Source: Eledone cirrhosa
Lineage: Eukaryota
NCBI GenBank assembly: GCA_964016885.1
Contig: OZ024741.1
Span: forward strand, 393,638,001 to 393,702,000
DNA: 64,000 nt
Reading direction: 5' to 3'
This document shows, piece by piece, positions 27,310-40,639 of this stretch. A program made the position numbers and the translations under genes. Under the pieces are notes generated by a model. The model saw only the letters and a program-made list of their open reading frames with translations, searched no databases and was not told the DNA's origin. The stretch's first letter is position 1. Each line of letters begins with the position of its first letter.

Positions 27310-28020
27310 TATGTATATGTTTCTCTTTGTCTTAATTTTCAGTACATTTTCGACCGGCCACCTCCCGGGTGGCTAGGTTGTAAGAGAAAATAAATTGTCA
27401 TCCCGTGAATCGCAAGAAGGTTTTGCAAATTTTGAAGGTGCCAGCTATCGCAGCCATTCGTAGTTTATAAATTAGGGAGCTGCGTTCTTTGTCCACAAAT
27501 CCAAGTTCGGTCATATTTTGGTCCAAGCGGGTTGGTATATAACCTGTAGCTCCAATAATAATGGGTACGAAGCTGAAGGTGTATCTTGGATACTGGATCT
27601 GCAAACTCCCCATCAATTGTCCGTAGATGTCCTCCTTCTCCTTTATTTTTCTTACAACGTTGACATCAAGTCGGCAACTGTGGTTCCAAACAACAATATC
27701 AGGCCAGTTGTGCTTTAATTTGGTGGCAGTTTTTATTTTTAGGTTCCACCAGTATTACTTAGTGCCATCTATCTCAACATATTCCTCCTCATTGGTTGTG
27801 AAGTGACTTAGCTTTGGATGTATTTCGTCCCAGTATAGCTTCATTCTGTTCATATAGCCAACAGAAGGATCTTCGTTTTGCCATTTTATAACAATTAAAT
27901 AAATCATTATTAAGTTCGTAACTCCAAGAAAAATGAGATTTATAATTTTGTACCCCTGTGTAGCTACAACTAAAGAAATTTAGTTTAATTTTCTTCTTCT
28001 TGTTTTTCTTCGGTTCTCTA
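27310..28020 (-). mobile_element. Second, internally deleted R4/Dong-like copy
   Basis: RLE tail (RPDIVVW; FVPIIIGATG...KICKTFL) is joined at ~27790 to sequence nearly identical to 26847-27060. Confidence 0.8.
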
Positions 28021-28036
28021 CTAATGTTATATATGT

Positions 28037-28400
28037 ATGAGGTTCAAACCTATGAATATTGAGTGCTGGAATGTAAGAACTTTACTTGACTCCCAACCCA
28101 GTGAAACTCGCCCTGAAAGAAGATCTGCTTCAGTGTCGAAGGAACACAATCGCTATAACATGGACATCATTGCACTTTCAGAAACGAGATTGGCAGGTGA
28201 GGGTCAATTCACGGAACAGAAGGAAGGATATACCTTCTTTGGAGTGGTAGAGCAGAAAATTGTAAGAGAGAGACAGGGGTCGCATTTGCTGTCAGGAATG
28301 GAATCGTCTCAACACTGGAAAATCTTCCTTGTGGATTCAATGATCAGATAATGTCCATGAGAGTTCCTCTGATTCAAACCACTTTGAGACTCTGGTTAGT
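28037..28400 (+). mobile_element. RTE (BovB-like) APE endonuclease N-terminal fragment
   Basis: CWNVRTLLD...RPERRSA...DIIALSETRLAGEGQ...GYTFF. Confidence 0.85.
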
Positions 28401-28450
28401 GTAACTAGCAGTTAAGGTAACTAGTAGAAAAACCACTCTTCGGGTGGTTT

Positions 28451-28790
28451 TCTGCTAGCATGTGTAGTGTGTATATTGATATTATACGCAAGTATATATG
28501 CATGTAGATATGATACATCAAATAAAACCGTAATTGACATTATACACGGACATTGAACGAAGTAATCAGTAACATAATCCATGATACATTAAAAAAAGAC
28601 GATATTATATATCTGCTAGCATGTGTAGTGTGTATATTGATATTATACGCAAGTATATATACATGTAGATATTATCAAATATAATCGTAATTGACAATAT
28701 ACACAGAAATTGAACGAAGACTGCGTTACACTGTCTTATGTATCAGTAACGTAATCCATGATACATTAAAAAAGACAATATTATATATAA
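28451..28790 (+). repeat. ~160-bp tandem duplication
   Basis: TCTGCTAGCATGTGTAGTGTGTATATTGATATTATACGCAAG at 28451 and 28612. Confidence 0.85.
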
Positions 28791-29039
28791 ACTGCATTAG
28801 GAGAAAATTAGTGACAGAAATATATGAATATTTATTTAAACGATCGCTAACCGGAAGTGTTGACATTTGAAAATTTTAAAGAAGTGAATCTTTAAATAAG
28901 TAATAAAATATAATTAATGAACAGCCGCGAAATTTAGTAGATAAATTATGTAATATTCATTAATTATTTATTGAAAGTATTCCAACTTATTTTACTAAGG
29001 GGATATAAAATTATAAACCGTACGCAGTCCCGCGCTTCT

Positions 29040-29592
29040 TACTTTATTATGGTTTAGGTGTCTTCTATTTCAATTTTCAAACTACCTCCGCTCGGCGCTT
29101 TCTAAGCATAGAGGCAATTTTCCTCTGTCTGATGGCTATGGCAAAAGAAGTAATATGGTGGACGAGGTTAAAAGGACTGAGGGCAAACGCCTTTCTCTCC
29201 GGACAACAACTCATCCCCTTCTTTAAGTACCACTTCAGAAGGAAGGTGAGAGTGGAGAGAGAGGTACTACACCCCAGTAAATTCGCTGAAAGGTGGCTGA
29301 ATGTGGCGAAAATGGCCCAAGTGAATGGGCCTCCTCTGTATATAAACCTGTAGGTTGAGGAAGGCAAACAGAGGTAATACCTACAAAATGTGTTCCTGGT
29401 GTTGAGGGTTGTTCTATCCACGGGGTGTAAAACAACCCTGCAGTGACGTTCCCACCTATTGGGGATTTCGATTGTTTTATTTTGTATATATTTTATTGTT
29501 ATCCATTATTATTGTTAAAGATTTTATGTAAAACCCCCGCCGTTAGGTCTTGTAGTGTCCCATTTTTGTACGCCCCTGTGGCAAATAAAGAA
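29040..29592 (+). mobile_element. Tx1/L1-like LINE 3' end
   Basis: AMAKEVIWWTR...FAERW type C-terminus, hairpin-rich UTR, then AATAAAG followed by (TCTA/TCTG)n. Confidence 0.6.
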
Positions 29593-29994
29593 CTATCTGG
29601 CCGTCTATCTGTCTGTCTGTCTCTCTATCTATACATCTCTATCTATCTGTTTCTTGTGCGCCCTTGTGGCTAATAAAGAAATATATCTATCTATTTCGAT
29701 TGGATGGACGCATTACATCTCGGCTGCGTAAGTTTTATCTAATTTCTTCCGAAATTTGGGATTTTATAAATTCAAATTTATATTGTATAAATCGGAAACA
29801 AACAGCCAATCCACTTGATCGGTTTGTTTTTCAAAATGTCACCCCAATAGGGTGAAATTTAAGGTACAAAAATTAAAAACAAAATGTTTAATGACAATTT
29901 TACAAAACAGCCATGCTGGATTTAAAACGCTGTCACTATTTGTAAGCGGCGATAAAACGCTACCGTTGCCACCACCATCAGCTTCAACTGCTAC

Positions 29995-30337
29995 TTCCAC
30001 CACCACCACTACCACCACCACCACCACCACTACCATCATCTACAACCGGTGAAGCAACACTGTTACTGCTACTTACACCACCACCACCACCACCACCACT
30101 ACCATCATCTACAACCGGTGAAGCAACACTGTTACTGCTACTTACACCACCACCACCACCACCACCACTACCATCATCTACAACCGGTGAAGCAACACTG
30201 TTACTGCTACTTACACCACCACCACCACCACCACTATCATCTATAACCGGTGAAGCAACACTGTTACTGCTACTTACACCACCACCACCACCACCACCAC
30301 CACTATCATCTATAACCGGTGAAGCAACACTGTTACC
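29995..30337 (+). repeat. ~66-69-bp minisatellite with (CCA)n core, 5 copies
   Basis: CATCTACAACCGGTGAAGCAACACTGTTACTGCTACTTACA(CCA)n repeated. Confidence 0.95.
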
Positions 30338-30799
30338 GCGAAACAACTCTTACCGTCACCACCACCACCTATGACATGTCAATGACCCCTGTCACCACTG
30401 TCGAATGTAGTCAGTAGCATAAGTCAAGCCAAAGCAGACGTTGTCATGACTACCAGTCTAACAGAAACAATTTTTTTCCCAAAATGAAAACAGCCAGACA
30501 AAATCAACAATAACAATACAATGGTCGAAAACAACAACAGGGATAGTACGAATAATGAGAACGACGGCAATAACAATAACAACACCACCAACAACAACAA
30601 CAAGAATAATACGACAACCACTAAAACAACAACAATAACAACAACAACAACAACACCAACAGCTATGTTCATGTCAATAGCTGTTTGTAGTAACCGTTGC
30701 CAAGTAATTTGAATATTTCGATATGGACATTTCGAAGAAGTCCCAACACTTAGCTGAAGCTGACAAGTACGTAACTTTAGAGGAAGACATGGTCCACAT

Positions 30800-33700
30800 T
30801 GACATACCTCCACAGATGCCAGCTGTGACCTAACGAAAACAAATTGGTCTATAGAACAGTTGCTGTGGACACCAAAAAGCCTGTTATGTTTCCATGTAAT
30901 TAAAAACAGGTTCGAAAGAAATTATGCCAGACGTAACCACCTACAGAGAGCCAAGCAGTATGGAAGCATCTTGGTGCTCTTTAAAAGTGAAGCTTTTGCA
31001 TAAAAACATTCATTTTCCCCCCAAAAAACAGGTCAACACGCCTTCTTCCCTACATACAAAATAAAAAGTAGCAAAATCCCACCAGCGGTGGACACCTGGT
31101 GTATCCTATTTTGTATTTTGAGGATAAGGACACCCTCCTATCTGTAAAGAGGACAAATAGAAACAACTGGTTCGGAACATGCCTCAAAATTCTGGTGCAA
31201 ATGAAGCCAGAGAGAGTAGAACAAATTCTGGACACGCCCACACTTAAAAGCCTTTTGCCTGCTCATAAATACACCAAAACCAAACGAAGTGTTGCTGCCA
31301 ACACCAGAAACCAAATACAACAACATCAATAACCCCCCCCCCCCCACACACACAACATCTACACCACAACCACCACCACAACCACAAACTAGAAACAATC
31401 CAGAGAAAACCCCTCTGTAAAACTCTCCCTTGCCCCCTCTCCCTCTGTTAAACACTCCCACAAACACCCACACAAACACTCCATCACACAACATACCCCT
31501 CCCATCTACCCCCAATTCTGACGCCTCTGACACAGGAAACTTTACAACCCCAAGCGAAGAGGAACCCCAAAAATCCAAAAGACAGAAGAAAAGACACTGA
31601 AAAAATGCAAAAACAACAACACCCACAGAGAACATGAACACACCAACCAACAGCATAAACACACCACTACAAACGACAACCACACCTACAACACCAAAAA
31701 CTTCAACAAAACAAATTACCCACACCACCACAATCACAAACCCCAACCACAAAAAGAAAACTATAGACTCAACAAGAAACAGAAACAGTACACTTGAAAA
31801 ACAAAACATACTATACATACATCAAAATGACAAACACAACATTGACAGAAACTGTCCAAAAGGATCCCAGCCTCCAGAGAGGGGAACCCTGTCCAAACAG
31901 TGATCCACCAACAAGCCTGAAATTAATCAGTCACGACACAAAAATACCAGACTTTAAGTCAAGACTTTCCCCATGATATGGGACACCCCTGCCAAAAGCC
32001 CCTTGCCCGTGTATTATTAAAAGGAAATCCGCCTTGCCCAAACACTCCCAACCCAGATAAGCCAGACATGGAGATCGAGCAACACGACCTCCAGGAGACA
32101 AAAAGTTAAGTATCCTTTTTCTCTTCCAACTCTTCTTCAACTGACATGGCGAATCTACGAGTCGGATGTCTGAATGCACGTGGCCTGGGGATGTTCTGGA
32201 GGCAGGGCAACTCCTAAATGACCTCAGGTCACACCGTATAGATATGGTAGCCATCAGGATTCAGGACAAACAGCAGCTAACCCCCATATTCGACGACTTC
32301 GAGATCTATGCATCTCTTTGTCAGCCAGGAGGTGGAGGGGGAGTTGTTGTGTTGTTTTTGAAAAAACTGAATCTCGAAATACGATCAATCTACTTGGACC
32401 CGGAATGCAAGTTGATGGTCCTCGACATGAATGGTGATGAAAGTGGAGCCTTTAGACTGGTGGCCATCTATGCCCCAACTGGGACATCATGGTCAGAGTT
32501 CTTTAAGCATGTAGAGTCTTTCCCGGGAACGTCTCACTCTTTACTGATAACGGGGAACTGGAATGGCATCTTGTACGCACGTTGGGGCAACGTAGATGCA
32601 TGTGATAATAGAGGGGGTGTAATAGCCTCAAAAATCTAATCAGCTAATTCCAATTAGCTGATAGATATCGACTAGATTTCCCAAATGCACTACTGTGGAC
32701 GTGGAGCAACTGCACTGGGTCTTCTAGATCATATCTAAATAGATTTCTAGTTAGATTAATCGATAAGGATACCTTAAGGTGTCTACAAATGCATATGGTT
32801 GCCTATTCAGGCCATAAATTAGTAACCTGCATAGTCGATTTAGATAGAATACTTAGACGGGACACGGATACTGGAAACTAAACATGTCGCTCCAGACACG
32901 TAAAGCCTACAATAAACAGATTAGCACTTTAGTTAAATGCTAGTTGACGGGGGCCATCATCAACAACAGGTGGTGGTGTTCTCTCAAGAGAGCAATTAGA
33001 ACAGATTTAATAGTCTTTTGCAAAAAAGTAGCTTTACAGAAGAAGAAAACAGAAAAGGAATTAGTAGCCAAAGAAGAAGAGGCTCTTAGAAGTAGCAGTG
33101 CAGCTGGTGTGCTAGCGGCGAGAATGGCACATGATCAGATTTTCAGTACGAAACACGAAGGTTGTATTGTCAGAAGTAGAACACGTGCTCTGAGAAACAA
33201 AGGAGCGAAAGCTGTTGGCTGGACCCGAGTAGCAGAGGTGAAAAGTGTCAACAAAACCACAATCCGGTCTTTGGAAAACAAATACGGACGCGTGATACGT
33301 GGATCCAAGTGGATGCGTGTGACTTTTCAGTGGTACTTTGCACAACTGTTCAGGCAGAGCAGTCTATCAGATGGGATGATGGATTTCAGTTCCTACCTCG
33401 ACGGCCTACCGCGATTCTTGGACATGGAGAGCTGCGAATGTCCGATTACAGCGGGTGAAATACAAGATGCCCTAGGCGTAAATCACCTGGTTTGGATGGT
33501 CTATTCTATAAATTTTATGTAGGCATGTCAGACTTGTTCTCTGACATCCTTGAAGCGGTCTACTGCAACTGGCAGCAGAACGGGAGAATTCCCAGATTTG
33601 TAAGCCGGGGTGTTGTAACGCTGATCAGAAAAGATGAGAACAAAGGGGTTACATAAGCAATTTTAGGCCCATAACTCTTCTCAACACAGAGTTTAAGATT

Positions 33701-34326
33701 TTGGCCAAGGTGTTAGCAATGAGGTTGGCGCTCATCATCAATAACCTGGTAGGGGAAGCGCAAACGTGTGCAATCCCGACCAGCTCCCTAGACAACAACC
33801 TCCACCTCATGCGATTCATCATAGAGAGGGTAGTGTGTAAACTTGGCTCCGGTGCAGCTCTGATCAATTTAGATCAATCTAAAGCATTTGATGGGGTCGA
33901 CCATTAATACTTGGGAGTGGTGCTCACATCGATTCGCTTTAGCCCTTCAGAGGCTGTATCGCTGCCATTCACAGCAGCATCTGCTCAGTAGTCAAGGTGA
34001 ATGGCTATCTATCGGTGCCATTTCAAATCATGCGTTCAGTCCATCAAGGATGCTCTTTCTCCTCCCTTTTATATGTACTGACTCTCAAGCCACTACTGCG
34101 GAAGTTGGAGCTGTTGCAAGGCATCCCGCTTGAACCAGGACTGTGAAAAGCAACATCAGCTTATGCTGACAACATGACTGTAATGGTGTTGAAAACCTCG
34201 GAAATAGGAGTAATCGGTAACTTATTACAGGAATACGAAACGTTGACGGGAGCAAAAATAAACCCGGTCAAGTCTGTTGGTTTGCAACTCGGCATGTGGA
34301 GAGGCAAAACCATGCCATCCGACAGA
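30800..34326 (+). mobile_element. Decayed Tx1/L1-clade LINE (possible ORF1 remnant, APE, RT), 3'-truncated
   Basis: ORF2 from 32146: MANLRVGCLNARGL, RLVAIYAPT, NFRPITLLNTEFKILAK, LDQSKAFD and SAYADN. The 5' boundary is uncertain. Confidence 0.85.
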
Positions 34327-35350
34327 TCAACACACTTCTGACGGACTGAGAAAATCATGTCCATAGTACTCCGCCCATCGCTGAATCCCCACTGGGTCTC
34401 AGGGATAGCAACAGGGCAGATCCATTTTATTAGACCATCCAGCAAGACCTTGGATAAGACTTTTCCTACTGATTCAAGTAGACTTATACCACGATAATCA
34501 TCACATTTTGACTTGGAGCCCTTGTTGTAAATTGAGAAGAAAATTGCATCTACCCAGTCGTGTGGAACAGGCTCACCAGGCCATACAGACAAGACTAGCC
34601 CACGATTGGCCATAGCAGCATTGTCTCCTCCAAACTGGATCAGCTCAACAGGTATTCCATCCATCTTTCCCTATGTGTATCTCTTTGATAGTAGACCTTA
34701 CCTCATTAAAGGTTCGATCATTCATCATCTCTGTTACAGTCTCTTTTTGTGGCAGTTCATTAATAATTTCCTCATCAACTACAGATGGGTTCTCAAACAG
34801 ATCTTTAAAGTGTTCAGTCCACCAGCTCATGATTCCTGCTAGATCTTTGATGAAGACATTCCCCTCTTTTTACTTCAATGGTGCCACTTTTGAGGGCTGT
34901 GGGACAAAAACTTGCCTTATTCTGCTGTATTGGCAGTTATAAGCTCTCTGCATCTCTACTGAAACTTCAAACCACCAGTTATTCATCTTTTGAGATTTAC
35001 ATTGCAGATTTGACTTTGCTTCTTTGAATGCCTTCTCAAAACGGCCCTTGCTGGACCCTCTGCAACAAGATACTTTTCATACAGTTTATTCTTCTCTCCA
35101 AAAAAAAATATGGTGATTGCAGCATCATTTTCAGAAAACCAGTCTCAGTGTTTGTCTTAAGACCAAGTATATCAACCCCAGCACTGTAAACGTGAGTTTT
35201 AAACTGTTCCCAAGTTCCATCAAACACCAACGTTGTCAAGTGCATTATGAAGAACATTTCACATTTCTAAACTTTGCAGTTTGGACACATCTATACGTTT
35301 TGGCACTTGTATCCCTGCTGCCCTCACTTTTCCTCTGATCTGCATTTCAT
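34327..35350 (-). mobile_element. RTE (BovB-like) RT fragment
   Basis: WTEHFKDLF; DGIPVEL; YRGISLLESVGKVL; ETQWGFSDGRSTMDMIFSVRQ. Confidence 0.85.
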
Positions 35351-35461
35351 CTTGCGATATATATATATATATATGATATATAGTTAAAAAAAAGTGTGGT
35401 CGTTAGAAAGCGTTCAATACAGATCACGTTATATAAGGAAAATGATAAAAAAAAAAAAGGA

Positions 35462-35739
35462 TTTGAAATGCACACCTAGTATATATATAGATATAGAAAG
35501 GATGTTTATAACAAGTACAAAAATTAATGTTAAAAATTGATGTTAGCAAAGCCTGCTTTCTTCGTTTTGGATTATCGAAACATTTGTTATTGGATTAAAT
35601 AGTTTTTTTGTTAAAACTTCTGCATGCAAAAGTTTTAAGGAAAAAACAAAGCATGCTTTGCTAAAATCAAACTTTAATATCAATTTTTGTACATGTTATA
35701 CAGGATCTTTATATATATATACTAGGTGCACTTTTCAAA
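35462..35739. repeat. Old MITE-like inverted repeat (~90-bp arms)
   Basis: TTTGAAA...CACCTAGTATATAT...TAGCAAAGC and its diverged reverse complement. Confidence 0.6.
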
Positions 35740-35771
35740 CACTTTTTAGAATCATTTTCCTGATATATATA

Positions 35772-35960
35772 TCATCATCATCATCATTTTACGTCCGCTT
35801 TTCCCTGCTTGCAAGGGTGGAAGGGTGCTATTCAGCACATCATCTCTCCACTTGTCACTGCCCTTCGTCATCTCGGTGAGTTTCAGCGATTTGAGGTCTG
35901 CTCTCACTACCTCCGCCCATGTTTTTCGTGGTCTTCCTGGCACTTCTCTCCTGCACACCA
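35772..35960 (-). mobile_element. RTE 3' terminal fragment
   Basis: PGRPRKTWAEVVRADL...KWR followed by the (GAT)n tail. Confidence 0.75.
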
Positions 35961-35964
35961 AGTT

Positions 35965-38900
35965 ATCGTTTTAGGTAATCCAGTTAGAGGTTGTGAGTAC
36001 TCAGTACTATGGATAGTTTTAACGTACGACGTTGTTTGACTCAACAAGAAGTTTCCTTAGTTAGGTAGCGAGTTTACGAGAATACCCATGTAGGGTATTC
36101 TTGGAGTAATAATAGTGAAAGAGTGAAGAATAACATAGTCGGCTGTACAAAAAGGGTTTTATTTACAGTATTAACAATTGTTTCATTGATCAGGTGAGTC
36201 TAAAGGCCACCGATCACTCCAAATTGAGTCACTCGACCTTAAATACAGTGTGTGTCTCTGATCAAATCATCGGAATACTGAAGGGCACTGGTATTATAGA
36301 TGCATCGGAGAATCAAGTGAATGAAAACAATAACACCAATAATAATTAAAAGAACACCAAAGATAATTTAAAAAAATGAATTAAAAAAGTAATAAAAAAA
36401 ATACGATACATGATAGGGAGATGATGGTGAGCGGACGTCGTGCTAATATAGTGTATTGAGTTCATGAATTGGCAAAATAAAAATGCAAAAAATACAAAAA
36501 ATATATAAGAAGATTAAAGTAAAAAATAAAAAGTAAGAGAGAAAGAGATAAAGAACAAGAGATAGAGAATAAAGAATAAGGATTCGAGGATGAGACATAA
36601 AGGATAGGACTAAGGATGGGGGAGCAGTAGATAGATAAATAGCGAATAAAAAGTGAAAGGGACAGTGATGATATATGGGTGATTAAGGTCTGGTAGATTG
36701 ATTGTTTTATCTTAATGGTGATGATGCGACTATTGAGAGAAAGGGAAAGAAAGGTTGGGGGATTCACGATGTTGATTTAATGACCAGTTGGTCAGTTGAC
36801 AGCTAAAAACAGTGGAGTGGTATGAAGTTAGTACATTTAAATCCGGGTGGTTCTGGCTGAATACCCTGATTGCTAGATCGAATCATACCGGTTGCGGTTT
36901 GAAGTTGGAGAATTTGGTGGCTGCTTTGTGCCTACAGAAGATTGTTCGCTCTATCTTGTTATTAAGCAGCATTTTATTATATTTTAAAATATGGAGCAGC
37001 TCCATATTGCATAGTCCGCAGTGGGACATTCCATTTTGTAGGCCCTTGCACTCGATAACTTCGACCAGCTAATCTCATATTCCTGGTTGATCTTTAAACT
37101 GTCAGATTTTATTGGCCAGTGTCGTTGTATTCCCAAGTTTACGGTTTTTTTATAGAATGTCTATGCACATACCATCTTTTTTTGAAATCTCCAGCCGTAG
37201 AACCTATGTAGTGCCATGCTAGGTTGCCAGATTTGATAGTACAAAGGTACACTATATTTGATTCTAGGCATCTATTCTGCAGTGGGCAGGTGGCAGTTAC
37301 ATTTGGAGGTCTTCCTGTGTGCAGGTTCCCCATTGCGGTTTTGTATGTTGTTAGGGATGGGCTGAGATTTAGGTTTATTGATGTTTTGTTGCGATGTGCC
37401 CTGGCGTGTGGGTGGTTGTGATGCTGTTATGTGTTTGCGTTTTGTATTTTGTGCTATGATGTATGTTGGTAGGTTATTTTCCTTAGAGATTCTTTTATAG
37501 CTGATTTTATGTATGTGTGATTCTATGTTGGCTGCAGTAGAGTTTTTCTGTTAAAGATTCTATGGTATTTGTGTAGTTTAGGGAAGTGTTTGTCAATTAG
37601 CTTAAAGAATGTAGAAGGTAGGTTGGTTTTTGAAGAAGAGTTGAAGATTGGATTGAACCATAAATATTTCCTATCTCTGGATTTTCTGGAGTTTCTAGGG
37701 GTCCCTATATTAGTGTTCGGTTCGGCTATTTCGTGTGTCAGTTGCCTATTTCTATGTTTAGTTCTGTATTTGTTATTCCTATAGGTGCGTGTAGTGTAGT
37801 TGTCATCAGGTTTGTAGTTGGTGCCTCTATCGGGTATGTATTTGAGCCTCTCCTTGTGGCCTGCCTTGTGTAAAGCTATGTTATAGTAGTTTGCGTGTTC
37901 GTTGAATATTTCTAGATTTGAAGATAGGCGGGATATTCTGAGGAATATACTTTGTGCTATGGAGTTAATTATGGAGTGAGGATGGTTTGAGTTATAACTA
38001 ATGTAGGCTAGATTCTCGTTATTTTTATGGAAAGCTTTTTTAGAGTTAAGTTCGAAAGTGATACCCAGGCCTAGTTTGTAGAAGAAGACTAATGATTTTT
38101 CGTAATTTTTCCATGTTTTGATTATTTAAGTTTTTGGCTAAAAGGAGTTTGTCGTCTCTGTAAATTCCTCCTTAGAGGTTATTAAATTCCTTATATAAGT
38201 TGTGCGCTATATATATTCCAACTATGTCTGTTACCTGTGCTGAGTCGCTAGATCCCATTGTGATATCGAAGCTATTCTGTCTGTTTTTTCGTTCCCAGTA
38301 AATATTTTCGAATCTTATGATAGTTCTCCTAGCAGCTAGTATTATTCTAATTTCATCAGAGGTTAGGTCTGAATTTTTCCAGGCAAAGTCGAGCGCCTTA
38401 TTTAGGGTGACCGGGGAGATGGATGAGTAGTAGTCGTCGATATCGAACTGTATGAGGTTGGAGGTTTCCTTATTGTCTATTTTGTTAAACCAATCGATTG
38501 CTTCATTAGTGTTACCCCATAGTTTAATTTTAAGTGTGTCCTTGATCTGCGCTATTATCCTATCTAGTATAAACTTGCTAATTCTACCTATATCCGACTT
38601 CGATGGACATATTAATCTAATTGTAGGGTTTGTTTCGAAATTATTTTGGGGATCTTTCAGGTTGAATGCGGGGTTACAAAGGGTTAGAGGATCGGTTCTA
38701 TCAGATAGTTTCAGAATGTACTAACTTCCCACCACTCCACTGTTATTAGCTGTCAACTGACCAACTGGTCATTAAATCAACATTTCGAATCCCCCAACCC
38801 TTCTTTACCTTTCTCTATATAGTTGCATTACCTCCATTAAGATAAAACAATCAATTTACCAGACAGTAATCACCCATATATCATCAGTATCCCTTTCACT

Positions 38901-38965
38901 TTTTATTCTCTATTTATCTATTTACTGTTCTCCGATCCTTATTCCTATCCTTTATGTCTCATCCA
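35965..38965 (-). mobile_element. 5'-truncated Penelope-like element (RT + GIY-YIG) with inverted pseudo-LTR piece
   Basis: LIQFDIDDYYSSI; MGSSDSAQVTDIVG; CPLQNRCLESNIVY...YIGST...FKKRW. 36580-36838 is repeated in inverted orientation at 38717-38965. Confidence 0.85.
36166..36280 (-). ncRNA. Hammerhead-like motif with CCGATGA core and ~82-nt stem II domain
   Basis: CAGTATT CCGATGA TTTGATCAG...CTGATCAAT GAAA CAATTG TT AATACTG, on the same strand as and 3' of the PLE ORF. Confidence 0.65.
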
Positions 38966-38969
38966 GAAG

Positions 38970-39640
38970 ATCTGGACTTCGACATAGCCAACAAACAAGT
39001 TGGCATACAGCCCTCTTACCCCCAACATCACCCTCCCAACACCCACCTTTTTCTCTCTCTGACCTACCACCCCATCACTATCTCTCCGGCAACATATTCT
39101 CTTTTACTTCCGAACCCTCTTTTCTGACCCCATCATTTCTTGCTGTTTTCAAAACCCACCTATCACCGCATTTAAGCACGCCCGTAACCCTCGCGACCTC
39201 CTGGTACGTAGTTCCTTCCCTTCCTCTTCTACTACTCCACCCAGCTCTCACCCTTGTTCTCACCCCCACTGTAACACCAGTCCTTTCATTTCTAACCTCA
39301 CCATTCTCATAGGCACCAGCGGTTCATTCAGTATCTGCCACTCCTTCACCTGCACATCTACCCATGTAGTCTATCCTGCGGTGTTCCCTTTGTGGCTCCT
39401 TATAAATCGGATAAACATGATGCCATTTGGCGGATCGTTTTGCTGAACATTTGAGGGACATACTACTCAGTATGGATACTCTCATCGTCAGTCATTTCCA
39501 TTCCCCAGGTCACTCTTCCCTACATGGTTCAATCCCTGGTGTCCTTTTACATCATGGATCAGATGAACAGAACAGAATCTGATTTTCTGCCTTGGTTCCT
39601 GTTTCCACAATGGACTCAACCCCCTCCCCAATTTCTTTAA
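38970..39640 (+). mobile_element. Penelope-like (Poseidon-type) GIY-YIG 3' fragment
   Basis: RNPRDLLVRS, HSFTCTSTHVVY and LADRFAEHLRDI, all decayed. Confidence 0.7.
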
Positions 39641-39849
39641 TCTTACACACATACTTTCATGCTTATTACTCTACCCCTTGCCACCGTCACGTTTACCCCG
39701 TCCATTGTCACACATGTGCTTGTACTTTCACCCCCTACATTCCTATGGTTCTGTTATGGTCAGATACATATACTCCTACAGCTTATACAGACCAACAAAC
39801 GCACATACACCTTTACTTTTACCTTCACAGTCCTGTATACACTCTATAA

Positions 39850-40040
39850 CGGTGGATTGGCAGTATCGGTAGAGGGTCGGACGTCATGCTTTGATGTATA
39901 GAGTTACGGCCCTTTCCATTCTGAGTTCAAATCCCGCCGAGGTTAACTTTGCCTTTCATCCTTACGGGGTCGATAAAATAAAGTACCAGTAATACACTGG
40001 ATAATTGCTGGCCTTGTGCCAAAAGTAGAAACAATTATAT
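39850..40040 (+). mobile_element. tRNA-derived SINE (full length)
   Basis: GGTGGATTGGCAGTATCGGTAG...GAGTTCAAATCCC...GCCTTTCATCCTTACGGGGTCGAT...GAAACAATTAT. Confidence 0.9.
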
Positions 40041-40357
40041 TAACATACTTTTGCTCACAGCTTCGTACTTACAAGCACACAGACACATTCCTTTACTTAC
40101 ATATACACACACATATCCTCTTAGGTTTGTACCGACGTATAACACACATGTATACACACGCACACACATGTAGCTTCATCATCCACTTTTCTAAAACAGA
40201 ATATCATACACAAAACGCCAGCATCAACAGTTTTCCAAAAGATGGCAACATAAATGGACCTGTTATTTTTGTCTAAAAAATGTTTTCCAATTCCTCCCTA
40301 CCCGTCCCCTCAATCTTTCTAATTTCTCATTCTTTCTTATGATGAAGGACTAGCACC

Positions 40358-40397
<40 letters not shown>

Positions 40398-40490
40398 ATA
40401 ATAATAAATTTGAAGACTAAAATCCAAAGAGGGCTCGATAAGGATAAATATATATCAAATATATAAGAAGCCTAGAGCAAATATATATTA

Positions 40491-40601
40491 AAATAACAGA
40501 TTAAAGTTTAAGCAAAGAATCACTGCTTTCACCATTAACAGGATCTATCCCGTTAAGGGTGAAAGCAGCGATTCTTTGCTTAAACTTTAATCTGTTATTT
40601 T
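40491..40601. repeat. Foldback of the 3' half of the CAGAAGA-hammerhead repeat
   Basis: AAATAACAGATTAAAGTTTAAGCAAAGAATC...GATTCTTTGCTTAAACTTTAATCTGTTATTT. Confidence 0.85.
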
Positions 40602-40639
40602 ATGATGTGTTGTGATGTGATGTGTTGTGATGTGATGTG

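Noticed and set aside
29984-31903. Gly/Ser-, His-, Thr/Asn- and Val-rich ORFs
   Set aside because: Translations of (CCA)n, (ACA)n and A/C-skewed low-complexity sequence.
39850-39940. tRNA gene
   Set aside because: A/B boxes are present but there is no full cloverleaf, and the sequence continues into a SINE body found in several copies.
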